Source: Macrostomum lignano (Eukaryota). Taken from it: a DNA stretch of 64,000 nucleotides. The stretch lies in the NCBI GenBank assembly GCA_002269645.1, contig NIVC01001064.1, positions 1-64,000 of the forward strand, read 5' to 3'. Shown here piece by piece: positions 51,380 through 63,898 of the stretch; the first letter of the stretch is position 1; the number at the start of each line of letters is the position of its first letter. A program made the position numbers and the translations under genes. The notes below the pieces were generated by a model. That model saw only the letters and a program-made list of their open reading frames with translations. It had not been told where the DNA came from and ran no database searches.

Positions 51380-51758
51380 GGGTCTCCCTAAAACACGCCC
51401 CGCACCGCCCTGCAGCGCTACACATTAAAACAAATTGGACTATAACTGAAGACACTTCAAAATGCGTTTTCTGTTAAGCTTCAAAGTTTTTATTAAATTA
51501 AGTTTTTTTACTATGAAATATAAAATTCGGTGAATAATAAGTGATATTAATAATAGTATTAATAAAAAATTAATAACATAATTTAATAATGAAACGAGAA
51601 TATAAAAAATAATAATAATATTTATAATAATAATTAAAGATATTTAATCAATTACTCGTACAACAAATAGTTTTCTTTGCAATCAGATACTGCATTGACA
51701 AAAAATGTTATAATGTGTAGCGGTTCGGGGCGGTGCGGTGCGTGTTTTAGGGAGACCC
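51380..51758. mobile_element. MITE (Mutator-like), 379 bp
   Basis: 9 bp TSD AGAAAATCC at 51371-51379 and 51759-51767; ~45 bp TIRs GGGTCTCCCTAAAACACGC...GCTACACATT / AATGTGTAGC...GCGTGTTTTAGGGAGACCC; AT-rich interior. Confidence 0.92.
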
Positions 51759-52309
51759 AGAAAATCCTCAGCACAGAAACCAGTAGCTTAGCCGCGAGGT
51801 TACACGCCCATTCCAAATTCGACCATAAAAATTAAAAACTTTTACATATAAAGAAAGCTCACAAATGCGTAAAAAGATGGTTAAAGTACAGTCTGCATTG
51901 AGCATCTTTGTTAGACAGAACACCCGTTTATTTGAATTGTCTGTCCCTGAATATCTGTCGGGAAATCACTACATAAGCAGCTGCGTATCTAGTCTTTCGC
52001 GAAATTTCTTTTCGTTTCTGATTGGCTGTAAACGCGTGAATAACGAACCCTAACGAATGGAGTGCTTAGTGCCTACCCTGTCGGAGAAATCCACGATTGG
52101 TTAGGATTTTCTAAGCTGCGTCTTTCACCCTGCCTCCCCCCGCGCGGTCAAGTCTATAAATTCAAGCAAGCTGGCAAGCAAATATATCAAGTTTCTTTGA
52201 CTAACGAAGTCTTCTATAGTTGGCGGGAATTCAAACTCCGGAATACGCGGCTACAAAAAGCCTACTTGAATAATCCCACCACTGCTACCAAGCTGTTACT
52301 ATAGGAGTA

Positions 52310-53450
52310 CACAAGCTGTTGAAACCCGCGGATTTTGAACCCGGGGAATTCCAATCCCCGGAATTATTTTTGCATGTATTCTAAAATCTGAGGTCAAACT
52401 CAAATAAAAACTTGTTAATAGTTAGGAAAGAGTTAAACATAAAAAAGTGTACATTCATGTAAAATTAGGATTTGAGGCAAACATTGATATTGTTGGCTGG
52501 GGTGCTGCGCAGAATGTTAGGTAAACTCAGGCCTCTACCTCTGCCTCTCCCTATGTCCTTTGCATCCTTTGAAACCTCCATCTTCTTTTCTGTTTCCTAT
52601 CTTCTGTCTCGTCTCTTCTCTCTCTGTCTCCTGTTATCTTTTCTTTCTTCTCTCCTCTGTCCTCTCTCCTCTCTCGTCTCTTCTCTCATCTCTTCCCTCT
52701 CCCCTCTATTCTTTTCTCTCTCCTCTCCTCTCTTCTCTCTGGTCTCTGGTCTCTCATATCTCCTTTTTCCTCTTTTATCTCTTCTCATTTCTCTCTGCTC
52801 TCTACTCTCTCTTCCCTCTACTCTCTACTCTCTCTTCCCTCACCTCTCTTCTCACTCCTTACTCTACCCTCTCTCAACACTTTCCTTATCTCTACTCTCT
52901 CCTTTTTCCTCTCTTCTCTCAACTCTCTCCTCTCATGTCTTCTATCGTCTCTTCCCTCACCTCCTCTCTCGTCTTTGCTCTCTTATCTCTCATTTCTCTT
53001 CTTTTATCTTCTCTCTCTTATCTTTTCTCATTTCTCTGCTCTCTCTCCTCTCCCCCCTCTCTCTCTCATCTCTCATCTCTCTGCTCTCTCCTGTCCTATC
53101 TCTCTTCTCTCTAATCTCTTCCCTCTTTCCTCTCCTCTCTCGTCCTTTTCACCAATTTCCCCTGTCCTCTCGATTCTCTCCCTTCCCCTCCTCTCTCCTC
53201 ACTCACTTCTTATCTCTCCCTTGTCTCCACCTCTCATCTTTTATTTCTTATAGTTCTCCTTTTTTCTCTCTACTCTCCCATCTCTCGTCTGTTCACTCTC
53301 GTTTCTGATCTCTCATCTCCCCTCTCTCATCTTTCATCTTTACTCTCAAATGTTCTCTCACCTCTCTCCCCTTTTACTCCTCTCTTTCCCCTTTTTTGAC
53401 TCAGGAGGACTCGATCCTCGATCCAGGAACCCCTTTTCCACCTGGTGGCT
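52310..53450 (+). mobile_element. Second copy of the dispersed head + CT-core repeat family
   Basis: Head similar to 43155-43470, followed by a CT-rich tract at 52560-53390. Confidence 0.6.
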
Positions 53451-53774
53451 CGTCCAGTCTTTAAAAGATTCTGTGCTCGCCCCGCCTTGGCCAGACGATC
53501 GTCACGTAGAATCCCCATCCCGCCTTATTGTGTGGATCGAACAATTGCATGAACCTGCACTTGTCTTAATTTCCAATACCCGAGGTCCCGTACCTGTAAG
53601 CCCAATTTACCAAAATCCCGACCAGAATTCTTTCCCTGACCAATAGCCAGTTGCGTTTAATTATTTGGTTCTGCATTGATATTTTAACACTTCTAATAAG
53701 TTTATCCGTAACAGCCAACATCTTTCCTGGCCGCAGCAATTTTCGACGTCGGCGACGTTGGCCTACCTTCCTGA

Positions 53775-54320
53775 CGTCTATCTCAACCTCTATGCTTGCA
53801 CCGTTCCTGTTCGTCCTGGCGCTTGACTGGGTGCTGTGGACTGCTCTCCCTTCTAACGACGACCGCGTCGAGGGCGCCCAGCGCCATGCAGCTGGACCGG
53901 CTGGTGAGCGTTGCGGCGAGCGTCGACCTGGTGGTCAACACGCAGAAGACCGTCGTGCTCTGCGTGTCAGACGACATCGAGGCTGCTATTTTCTGCCGAG
54001 GCGTCAGCATGCAGTTCGTCTACCTTGGCGATCTGGTGCCTGACGTTCGCTAGGACCTGCGATGTTGCTGTGGACTTGGCTGAGCTGCTTTCTGCTCTAT
54101 GAGAGCTGTCCTGCAGTCCGAGGCCCTGCTTGACCGCCAGAGGGCGGCGTTGTTCCAGGCAGTGGTCGAGACCGTCCTGTTGGTTCAACACCGACGAGAC
54201 CTGGACGCTGACGGATTCGTTCGAACAGCAGGTCGATGCGACGCACGCTGGCCTGCTGTGCGCTGCCTTCAAGATTGGCTACAAGCGAGTCACCAACGCG
54301 GCAGTTTATCGCCGCACCGG
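53775..54320 (+). pseudogene. Decayed internal fragment of the same RTE-like LINE family (RT C-terminal half)
   Basis: Aligns by eye to 56995-57630 (GCACCGTTCCTGTTCGTCCTGGCGCTTGACTGGGTGCTG... ; GTCAACACGCAGAAGACCGTCGTGCT ; CTGCAGTCCGAGGCCCT ; CGAGTCACCAAC) with deletions, including loss of the YADD segment. Confidence 0.85.
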
Positions 54321-55176
54321 GCCTTTTAAATTTTCCCTAGTTAAATAATTTTGAGCGAGGTGTCGAACGGCTACACTGCAGAACTGCAGAATTTTAGTAT
54401 AGTGGATGTGATGTGCCTATCCATATATACGAAAAATGGTCTGTCGGTAAGTATGTGGGTATGTGATCGATTTTAGTGCCTATCCGAGCTATAGCAATTG
54501 CATATGAATAGACCAAATATGCGTACTTTCACTACAACAGCAACAGTTCATTTATCTGTTAAGTACGCCCTACTGTTTACACTGAGCAGATAATGCAAAA
54601 TCTTTAAATATCTTCAAACTTAGTAGTCTAGTGCACTAAAAGTAGTAAGATAGAAATACGCAAAATAAAAAGTAGAATTATTCATCAAGTAAACAGTATG
54701 AAACAAATCTAATTTCGGTTATGCATGCAACATCTAATCAGTGAATGCTAGAATGCCTGCTGGTTCTCAACATCTATTTTAGAATTATATAAAGGTAAAC
54801 ATTAAACTGACATTGACTCTAAATTTCCAGAAGTTTTCCTAATTTCCTTTTACAAAACCCCACCGGTCAAGTGTTAAGGTTAAAACCATGATCAAAAGAA
54901 ACCAGTAGGACCTAAGGTCAAGCCTAAATTTTTTATAAATACAATATAATCCGAGCTAACATATCAGACTGTGATCAGTCCCTTAAAGAAGACATTACAA
55001 TACATCGCTGAATAACGATATCATATGTTGCCTAAAAGTTGGTGTAATGTAAAAGTACATATTTGTCAACTACTGTTATCTATATATATGCGGGTGCACG
55101 TCAAAACGGCCACACGTAAAACGGCCTCACGACGTCTAATACGTCTAATATGCGTCTAATACGAGCGTACGTCTGT

Positions 55177-56523
55177 TTCGTTTGGCGCCACCTCACCGAA
55201 AAGCACGCGGTTCATCACTCTGGCGACCTCAGTGGCCACGCAGTGGATCCGCAGCGCCTCGGTGGGCACCTCGTCCGGACCAAGCGCTTTGCCGCCCGGC
55301 GTCTGCCGAGCGAACTTCACAACGTCGGCTGTGCTGACTGGGGCAACATTGAAGCTCTCCTCCGCCGGCAACGGCGTCTCCGGCGGCAGCCTCAGATTTT
55401 CTGGAAGCGGAGGGGGCGGCGCGTTGACAATGGCGGCGAAGAACTCGCGCAGCTCGTTCCTGCGCTCATCCGGAGTGTCGCCTGCCAGGTTGAGCGCAAT
55501 GCGCCGCTTTCGCCCCGTCAGAGTGTTGATGGCGGACCAGGCCACGCGCCCTCTGGCATCGGGCCCTGCGGCAGAGACGGCTTGGATGGCGTCATCGACA
55601 GCGGACTGCTGCCGCTGCAGGTAGACAGCCGCCAGAGCCTCCTCCGCCTCGCGAGTTGGCCGCCCACTCAGACGAAGCCTCTCCAGATCTTCCCTCGCTT
55701 CGTCGATCGCGGGGTCGTCCTGCCAGACCGGCTGCCCGCGCTGGGCCGGTCGCATCAGCGGGACTGCTTGCTCCGCAGCGGCTCGAACTGCAGCGCTCAC
55801 CTCCGCGTACTCGGCTCCTCCACGCTTGTCGCCCAGCGCAGTGACAAAGGCACCGGCAAAGCGACGTCGCGTCTCGGCGTCTCTGAGCGCGCGGTAGTAG
55901 CGCCGCGGTGGCCGCTTTGGCGGACGGTAGAGCGGGTCCCGAAGCCGAAGGTCGCAGATGAGCAGCCGATGGTCGGACCGCAGAGCCAGCGGCGTAATGG
56001 TGTGGCAGTTGGTGGCGCGGCGGCGCTCACGAAAGCGCACAAGCACGTGGTCGAGCTGTGCCAGCCTCCGCGTAGCGTTCCGGCCACGCGCGTTCCGCCG
56101 CCTCCGCTTGCAGCCCACGAAGGTCGCGAGCCTGCCCGGCGACTTGCGGAATCTGGTGTTGGCCGACACCATGTCCTGTCTCTCCAGGAAGTCCTCTAGC
56201 GCTCCGGTGTTGCCGTTCTCGCGCGCTGTCACAAACAGCGATCGCTCGGACCTACGCAGAACTGCGTTCAGGTCTCCGAGAATGACCACTGTGTCACGTT
56301 GCGCCATCTCCTCCACCCGCACCGAGAGTTGCTCGAAGAAGGCCTGAGCCTCATCGGAGCGGGTAGCAGGCGGCGCATACGCGCAGAACAGGCGGGTGTT
56401 CCGGCCGCGAAGCCGGACGTCGACCCGAAGCAGCCGAGAAGACAGGGAGATGCAGCGACAGCTCTGCTGCAGCCTCGGTCCGATCAGCGCTCCAACTCCT
56501 CCACGGCCTCGCTCATCCGCTGA
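55177..56523 (-). CDS. LINE ORF, inverted part: apurinic endonuclease domain + linker (N-terminus missing)
   Basis: Open frame from SADERGRGGVG through VILGDLNA, QLDHVLV, RSDHRLL and GKALGPDEVP to LFGEVAPNE. Confidence 0.9.
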
Positions 56524-57877
56524 GGCGCCAAACGAATGGACCACGGCGCACATCGTCGCCATTCCAAAGAAGCCGGGCACCACCAAGCTCGAGGAGCATC
56601 GAGGCATCTGCCTACAGTCCTGCGCCGCGAAGCTGTTCAACCGCATGCTGCTATCGCGGTTACAGCCTGTGCTGGACCCGTACCTGCGTCCTGAGCAGAA
56701 CGGATTCCGGCCCCATCGCGGCACAGTGACGCAGATCCTGGCTCTTCGACGAGTCATCGAGGAGGCGCGCATCCGCCAGTTGACCCTGATCCTGATCTTC
56801 GTCGATTTCAGGAAGGCTTTCGACTCGGTCGTGAGGGACGCGCTCCCAGAGGTGCTCCGTGCGTACAACGTGCCAGAGCTGCTGATTTCTGCTGTCATGG
56901 CGCTGTACCACGGCACGACGGCTGCTGTCTCAACACCGGACGGCCTATCGGATTTCTTCGAGACATCCTCCGGGGTGCTCCAGGGAGATACGCTAGCGCC
57001 GTTCCTATTTATTCTGGTGCTTGACTGGGTGCTACGGACTGCTCTGCCTTCCAACGACGACGGCTTCCTGCTGCGGCGACGCGTGGGTCGACGCCAACCG
57101 GAGAGACGGCTCAGCGTGCTTGGCTACGCCGATGACCTCGCCCTGCTGTCCTCGACCGTCGAGGGCGCCCAACGACAGCTGGATAGGCTGGTTGCCGTTG
57201 CGGCGAGCGTCGGCCTGGTGGTCAACACGCAGAAGACCGTCGTGCTATGCGTGCCGGACGACACCGAGGCTGCAATCTTCTGCCGAGGCGCTGACGGACA
57301 GGCGAGTGAGCTTCCAAGATGTCAGCAGTTCGTCTACCTCGGCGGTCTGGTTCCCGACGTCCGCGAGGATCTGCGGCGTCGCCGAGGACTTGCTTGGGCT
57401 GCCTTTCGTTCTATAAGGTCAGTCCTGCAGTCCGAGGCCCTACCGGACCGCCAGAGGGCGGCGCTGTTCCAGGCGGTGATCGAGACCGTCCTGTTATACA
57501 ACGCCGAGACCTGGACGCTGACAGACTCGCTCGAGGCTCAAGTCGACGCGGCGCACGCTGGCCTGCTGCGCGCCGCCTTCAAGATCGGCAACGAGCGAGT
57601 CACCAACACGGCGCTCTATCATCGCGCCGGCCTGGCCCGTCCTAGCGATCTGCTGCGCCGTCGGCGACTCCAGCTGGCAGGCCACGTCATCCGCGCCGAG
57701 GCCTACTGTCCGGAGCCGGTGCAGGAGGTGCTGCTACTTACGTTGCAGGCACCCTACCGGCGGGGACAGGCGAGGACTCGGCGCTACGTCGACTGTCTGC
57801 TGGCTGACGCCGGCGCCCCGGACTCTGCCGGCGGTGCGGCTTTTGTTCGCGCCCAAGCTTTGAAGCGCGCCATCTGA
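56524..57877 (+). CDS. LINE ORF, non-inverted part: reverse transcriptase and C-terminus
   Basis: Open frame APNEWTTAHIVAIPKK, HRGICLQS, QNGFRPHRG, FVDFRKAFDSV, GVLQGDTLAPFLF, LGYADDL, FVYLG, LLYNAETWTL, to stop at 57875-57877. Confidence 0.93.
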
Positions 57878-58392
57878 CGCTGCTTTTGTGAACTGGCAGC
57901 GTACTCTGTTGTTGTTGTTGTACGTCTGTTTGATCGGCGAGAGCAGATGCAGATTTGAGAGACCGATTTCCGTTGATATTTTAATCCCATTTTTTAATGA
58001 AAATATTTGAATCGGTTCTAACTCTCTTCGATTTTCATTGATTTTTTATAACAATTTCCTAGAATAATATAGACAGCACAGATTCTTCGCTTTAGCTGGT
58101 GTCAGAAATCTGCACGCACTGTTCTGTGAGCATGTTCTGTGTTTGAGTTCAGGGCTCGAGAAATAAATTAGACTTCGACTATAAAATTGCCTTGCTCTGT
58201 AAACTGAACTACTCTCGTATCCGACCACCATCAGAGAGAGAGAACTAATCGAGACTCCTGACGCCAAGAAAGTGAACTCCTGCTAGTGAAACTTTGAGAC
58301 TGTTCTCCGACCCATCGGTTTGAAACTGGGATTTCTGTGCGCTCAGACACTGTCGTTATATTGAACTCCCCAGTGTTATTCACTTATAGCGT

Positions 58393-59434
<1,042 letters not shown>

Positions 59435-60404
59435 GTTTCGATAGCGAATTTTTCAGCTGCTAGCACTTTCTGCACTGGAAATCGAGTCCCAAAATCCTCA
59501 GGTAACGATAGCAATTAGAGTGTTTAATATTCGAGTGAATTAGAGTTGAATAGCGGAGGTCGGAGGACAGTCTCAGCATTCTCATCGCAGATGACTGGAA
59601 CAGAAACCATTTTAAACTATGTAATTATATAATTATGTTATACTCTTGACTACCGTTTCGGACTTTAATTTTTTTAAATGCGTAATTAACAAACAGACTT
59701 TAATTGAAATTGATTAGAATAACCATGACATCTTTGAAAATAAAAGCGAGAAGGTTGTATAGCAGCCGTATAGAATTGAGTGCGCTTGATAGGGAAGAAA
59801 ACCCACGTATCATCTGCCACGTATCGATCGAAATAGGGTGGGTGAAGGTAGGATCACTTTTACGATGCTTTTTTGTGCAAAATCTTGCCTGGACTGGACC
59901 TGAGATTTGCAGCCTCATTTCTGTATGGTCTGCGTGTGCACTAGCGGCCTTGCCGAGTTAAGGCTGAGGTACGCAAGGTGAGGGTTGACTCGAGAGAAAA
60001 TTTTCCTGAGCACTCTGTCCCCACGACTCTCTTCCGCGTACACCGGCCGAGTCGTGCCAAGACGTGCTCAAAAGCCTTACTCTCACTCCTACTCCAATGT
60101 ACACCTATCTGCAAGTGAAGGACTCCGACTTTAGGCCTTGAGTTCTGATATTTCGCACATCCCGTTTCCTCTCTAAGTACATCTAGTCGAGCCTATAGTA
60201 ATCGGTCAGTATATAGTAGTTTCGCTCTGTTTTCCTGATGCACTCTTGCACCACCAGTGCTTGAAGTGATTATTTCGTTAACTTTGGTTTCAAGTCTACA
60301 GATTCGGGTCCTGGTTCTGGTTCTAGTCCTAATCCGAGTGAATCTTGAGAAAAGCGTATGGGGCAGTTTAATAATTCAATTGTAGGTCTCAAAAGCACAT
60401 CACA

Positions 60405-61589
60405 TCAGCCCACGTTAGCAGCCCTGACTCGCAGCCGCATCTGCGGGTCGATGTACACCTCGTCCAGCTGCCTGGATAGCGTGTTGTGCTCGCACATCCA
60501 CTCGCCCTGACTCCTCTCGTAGCGCAGCCTGCGGGCCGCCAGAGCCGACATCCGGTAGAACGACACGCCCTGGAAGCAGCTCTCCACCTTCACCGGCGGC
60601 AGGCTGCGCGGCGCGTCCCGAAGCGACTTCTCGTAGCTGACCACAGGGTACTTGGTGTCCTCGCCGAAGCGCTTGTTCAGGTGGAAGCTCAGCGTGCACG
60701 CGTCGTAGAGGTGGCTGTCCTGAGTAGTGTGGGCGCACAGCTGCTGCAGCTTGGGCTTGGCCGCAAAGTAGTAGAGTCCCTGGGCGATTCTGTCTAGATC
60801 CCAGTCCTGCCAGGTGATGTCCGGGTCGATGATCAGCAGGAGCGATACCCGGTCGGCCAGGTGCTCGTAGATGTAGTCCAGGTACAGGTTGCGGAGGGCG
60901 GACATGGCCAGGCCGCGCTCGACCTCCTCGGTAAAGTTCCGCTTTATGTAGGAGCCGGGCACGTGCCGTCGCCCGCTGCTGTAGCGGATGTCGATGCGGC
61001 ACGGCAGCGGGGAGTTGACCCGGCCGCAGCCCAGCAGCCGCACATTCGGGTCGGTCAGCGTCGTGTTGTACAGAAAGCTTCGAGTCGAGTCCGTCGAGTC
61101 GTTCTCAACCAACACCAGCCAGGACTCGTTGAACAGAGCTCTGAGGCGCTGGACATTGTGCATGGAGCTCGGCAGGCCGGCCATGCCGTTGCGCACGGTG
61201 GCTGCCACCATCACCGACTGGCTGCGGAGCCACGCCCTGCCGGCCACCACCCGGTGCGAGCGGCTCCTCTCGGCTTCGGAGAGCCGCATGAGCGGCAGCA
61301 GCCGGCCCGGTCGGTCGAAGCGGTACAGCGACTCACGCATGCGGCGGACGAGACGCCCGTATTGCTCTTGAAAGGCCCTATCGCTCTGGTTTATGCCAAA
61401 GTCAGTGCCGGCAGAGAGTGGCGCGTGAGGCGCTTTGAAACCTTTAAAACTGAAGGCTGCTGACTGAACACAGATTAGCAGTAAGACGAATGCGACACCA
61501 GCTGCCGCACTAACTGTTAGGAACAGGTAGAAGATTTTCGATCGAGGACCAACGCTCCTGCAGTTTTTCAATGAAAATCCGCAGTTCAT
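60405..61589 (-). CDS. Intronless type II membrane GT-A glycosyltransferase-like protein (CAP59/GT69- or microbial GT2-like), 394 aa
   Basis: Likely ATG at 61589 (ATAAAAATG). N-terminal TM segment IFYLFLTVSAAAGVAFVLLLICV, then motifs VAATVRN, LVENDSTDST, SALRNLYLDYI, LIIDPDI (DxD), HLYD, VESCFQG, CEH, YIDPQM; several N-glycosylation sequons. Family assignment is from recalled motifs. Confidence 0.75.
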   Translation of the reverse strand: MNCGFSLKNCRSVGPRSKIFYLFLTVSAAAGVAFVLLLICVQSAAFSFKGFKAPHAPLSAGTDFGINQSDRAFQEQYGRLVRRMRESLYRFDRPGRLLPLMRLSEAERSRSHRVVAGRAWLRSQSVMVAATVRNGMAGLPSSMHNVQRLRALFNESWLVLVENDSTDSTRSFLYNTTLTDPNVRLLGCGRVNSPLPCRIDIRYSSGRRHVPGSYIKRNFTEEVERGLAMSALRNLYLDYIYEHLADRVSLLLIIDPDITWQDWDLDRIAQGLYYFAAKPKLQQLCAHTTQDSHLYDACTLSFHLNKRFGEDTKYPVVSYEKSLRDAPRSLPPVKVESCFQGVSFYRMSALAARRLRYERSQGEWMCEHNTLSRQLDEVYIDPQMRLRVRAANVG

Positions 61590-61904
61590 TTTTATGGCCG
61601 AACGGCTTTTTGCTGAAAACTTTCGATATTGTCTTTCTCTGGATAGAAATTTCAATAAAGTTGATAGTGAAGCGAGCACATCACACTGTCGGACTCCAGT
61701 GTCTTTCAACACTCGTTTTTTCTCTCAACAGATGGAATGATTCCAAATTTAGAAACAAATTTTCTTGCCCCTCCGCCAATGGGATTTCGTGCAGCCAGTT
61801 CAAAGTGCAGCGGGGAGGGGTTGCTGCTGTGCGAGCATGAGCACCTGCATCCTCCTCGAAAAAGCGGAGGACAGTATAAGCAGGACAGTTTGCTGTCCTC
61901 AGAC

Positions 61905-62190
61905 CACTGTCTTTGAGTTGCAGTCCTCGAGTCGCAGTCCTCGAGTCGCTGTCTTTGAGTTGCAGTCCTCGAGTCGCAGACCTCGAGTCGCAGTCCTCGA
62001 GTCGCTGTCTTTGAGTTGCAGTCCTTGAGTCGCAGTCCTCGAGTCGCTGTCTTCGAGTCGCTGTGCTCGAGTCACCGTGCTCGAGTCGCTGTCCTCAAGT
62101 CGCTGTGTTTGAGTTGCTGTCCTTGAGTCGCTGTGCTGGAGTCGCTGTGCTTGAGTCGTTGTCCTCAGGTCGCTGTATTCGAATCACTGA
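61905..62190. repeat. 14 bp minisatellite (GTCGCTGTCCTCGA) upstream of the glycosyltransferase
   Basis: About 20 degenerate copies. Confidence 0.88.
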
Positions 62191-62716
62191 CTTTATGTCG
62201 CCGTCGTCATGCCGCTGTCGCTGTGCAAAAAACAGATAAAAAAGCCACTTTGAACAATTAGCCTAAAGTGTCATAAAGGACAAAGGAAAATTACAGACAG
62301 CAAAGCCCCTGAGCTCGCCAAAAGAAACCAAAATCAAAATAATACGAAACCTTTTTATTTAGTGAAGCATAAATCTCTGTCTTTGCTTTTCTGTCCGTCA
62401 GTACGCATGCTCAAATATACAAACATATACGCATGCTCAGTACGCATGCTCAGATGCATCCTTGAACTCTGCTGAAATTACTCTAGGTAGGGCTTCCACA
62501 GGCAGGCTGCTTGTAGAACACTGCTTGTAATAAGTACTCAAAATAATTTAAAGGGTTGTAGAGACATATGCGTGAAGGTATTAGCTTTCCCAAAAAATTA
62601 AACCGAAGTAACGACCTAATAGAGTAATATAGAAGGACTGTCCTACGTGTTTTGCTTGGCACACATGGCGAAGTTGTTCGAATATCCTGTGTCTGTCTGG
62701 CCTCACAAGAAAGCCT

Positions 62717-63898
62717 CCTTATATATGTTCAAATTATCACCGCGTATCGGAACCTGCTTGAGTGATGCTCATTATTGTAATAAATTGTATTTGCAGTGCA
62801 AAAACGCTTGGCCCTCCACGTAGGGCGAGAGCGCCTATATATATTTGGGCCTTCATTCCTCAGCCATTCATGTGCGGCCACGTGGGCATAACAGGAATAA
62901 AAGGGGGAGGTAAGCCGGGGGTAGAGAGTACAATAAGGAGCACAGTGCGCGAGCACCCGGCACTGCTAGGCACCCCGTTTAACAACAGCAAGTGAGTGCA
63001 GGGCTGCGGCATGACAAATATATTAAACTGCAGAGATACATTAAAAATGCTACTGTAAGTAGAGCAGCGCAAAAAGTTGCAGCAGAAGTTAAACTTGAAT
63101 CATGTTAATATGTATAAAGATGAAGATAAAGATGAACCTGTAGAGATCTCCAGACATAGTAGCCTACTAAAAGTAATAAGATAAAACTATGAATACAAAT
63201 TAAAAAATAACTATGCGTCATACTCTATTTTTTGTAATATCACGTAAACAGCGAGTGACTATGCTATTGTGATGTAACCGCCCTTGTCGCCTGTCCTCTC
63301 GCCTGTCGCTTGAACATTCCTTATATATGTTCAAATTATCACCGCGTATCGGAACCTGCTTGAGTGATGCTCATTATTGTAATAAATTGTATTTGCAGTG
63401 CAAAAACGCTTGGCCCTCCACGTAGGGCGAGAGCGCCTATATATATTTGGGCCTTCATTCCTCAGCCATTCATGTGCGGCCACGTGGGCATAACAGGAAT
63501 AAAAGGGGGAGGTAAGCCGGGGGTAGAGAGTACAATAAGGAGCACAGTGCGCGAGCACCCGGCACTGCTAGGCACCCCGTTTAACAACAGCAAGTGAGTG
63601 CAGGGCTGCGGCATGACAAATATATTAAACTGCAGAGATACATTAAAAATGCTACTGTAAGTAGAGCAGCGCAAAAAGTTGCAGCAGAAGTTAAACTTGA
63701 ATCATGTTAATATGTATAAAGATGAAGATAAAGATGAACCTGTAGAGATCTCCAGACATAGTAGCCTACTAAAAGTAATAAGATAAAACTATGAATACAA
63801 ATTAAAAAATAACTATGCGTCATACTCTATTTTTTGTAATATCACGTAAACAGCGAGTGACTATGCTATTGTGATGTAACCGCCCTTGTCGCCTGTCC
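62717..63898. repeat. Identical ~580 bp direct repeat (62717-63296 = 63319-63898), LTR-like
   Basis: Offset 602 nt; no differences noticed by eye, and the ORF-track translations are identical. First copy bounded by TGTTCAA (62726) ... TTGAACA (63316). Confidence 0.85.

Larger units (their letters stand above)
55177..57919. mobile_element. 5'-truncated, 5'-inverted non-LTR retrotransposon (RTE/RTEX-like LINE)
   Basis: 12 bp TSD GTACGTCTGTTT at 55167-55178 and 57920-57931. Minus segment 55177-56523 encodes the APE endonuclease and linker; plus segment 56524-57877 encodes the RT; short 3' UTR then (TTG)4 tail. Clade call is from motif style, not from a tree. Confidence 0.92.

Noticed and set aside
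55150-57054. 349 aa plus-strand ORF and the first ~180 aa of the 632 aa minus-strand ORF
   Set aside because: Antisense shadows of GC-rich LINE coding sequence; only the EN and RT frames carry recognisable motifs
60405-61712. ORF-track start at 61712 (435 aa) for the glycosyltransferase
   Set aside because: That start is a non-ATG codon upstream of an acceptor-like site; ATG 61589 gives a normal short cytosolic tail before the TM helix
62830-62880. CTGAGGA on the minus strand as a hammerhead ribozyme core (Penelope pLTR hypothesis)
   Set aside because: No stem II followed by GAAA could be formed
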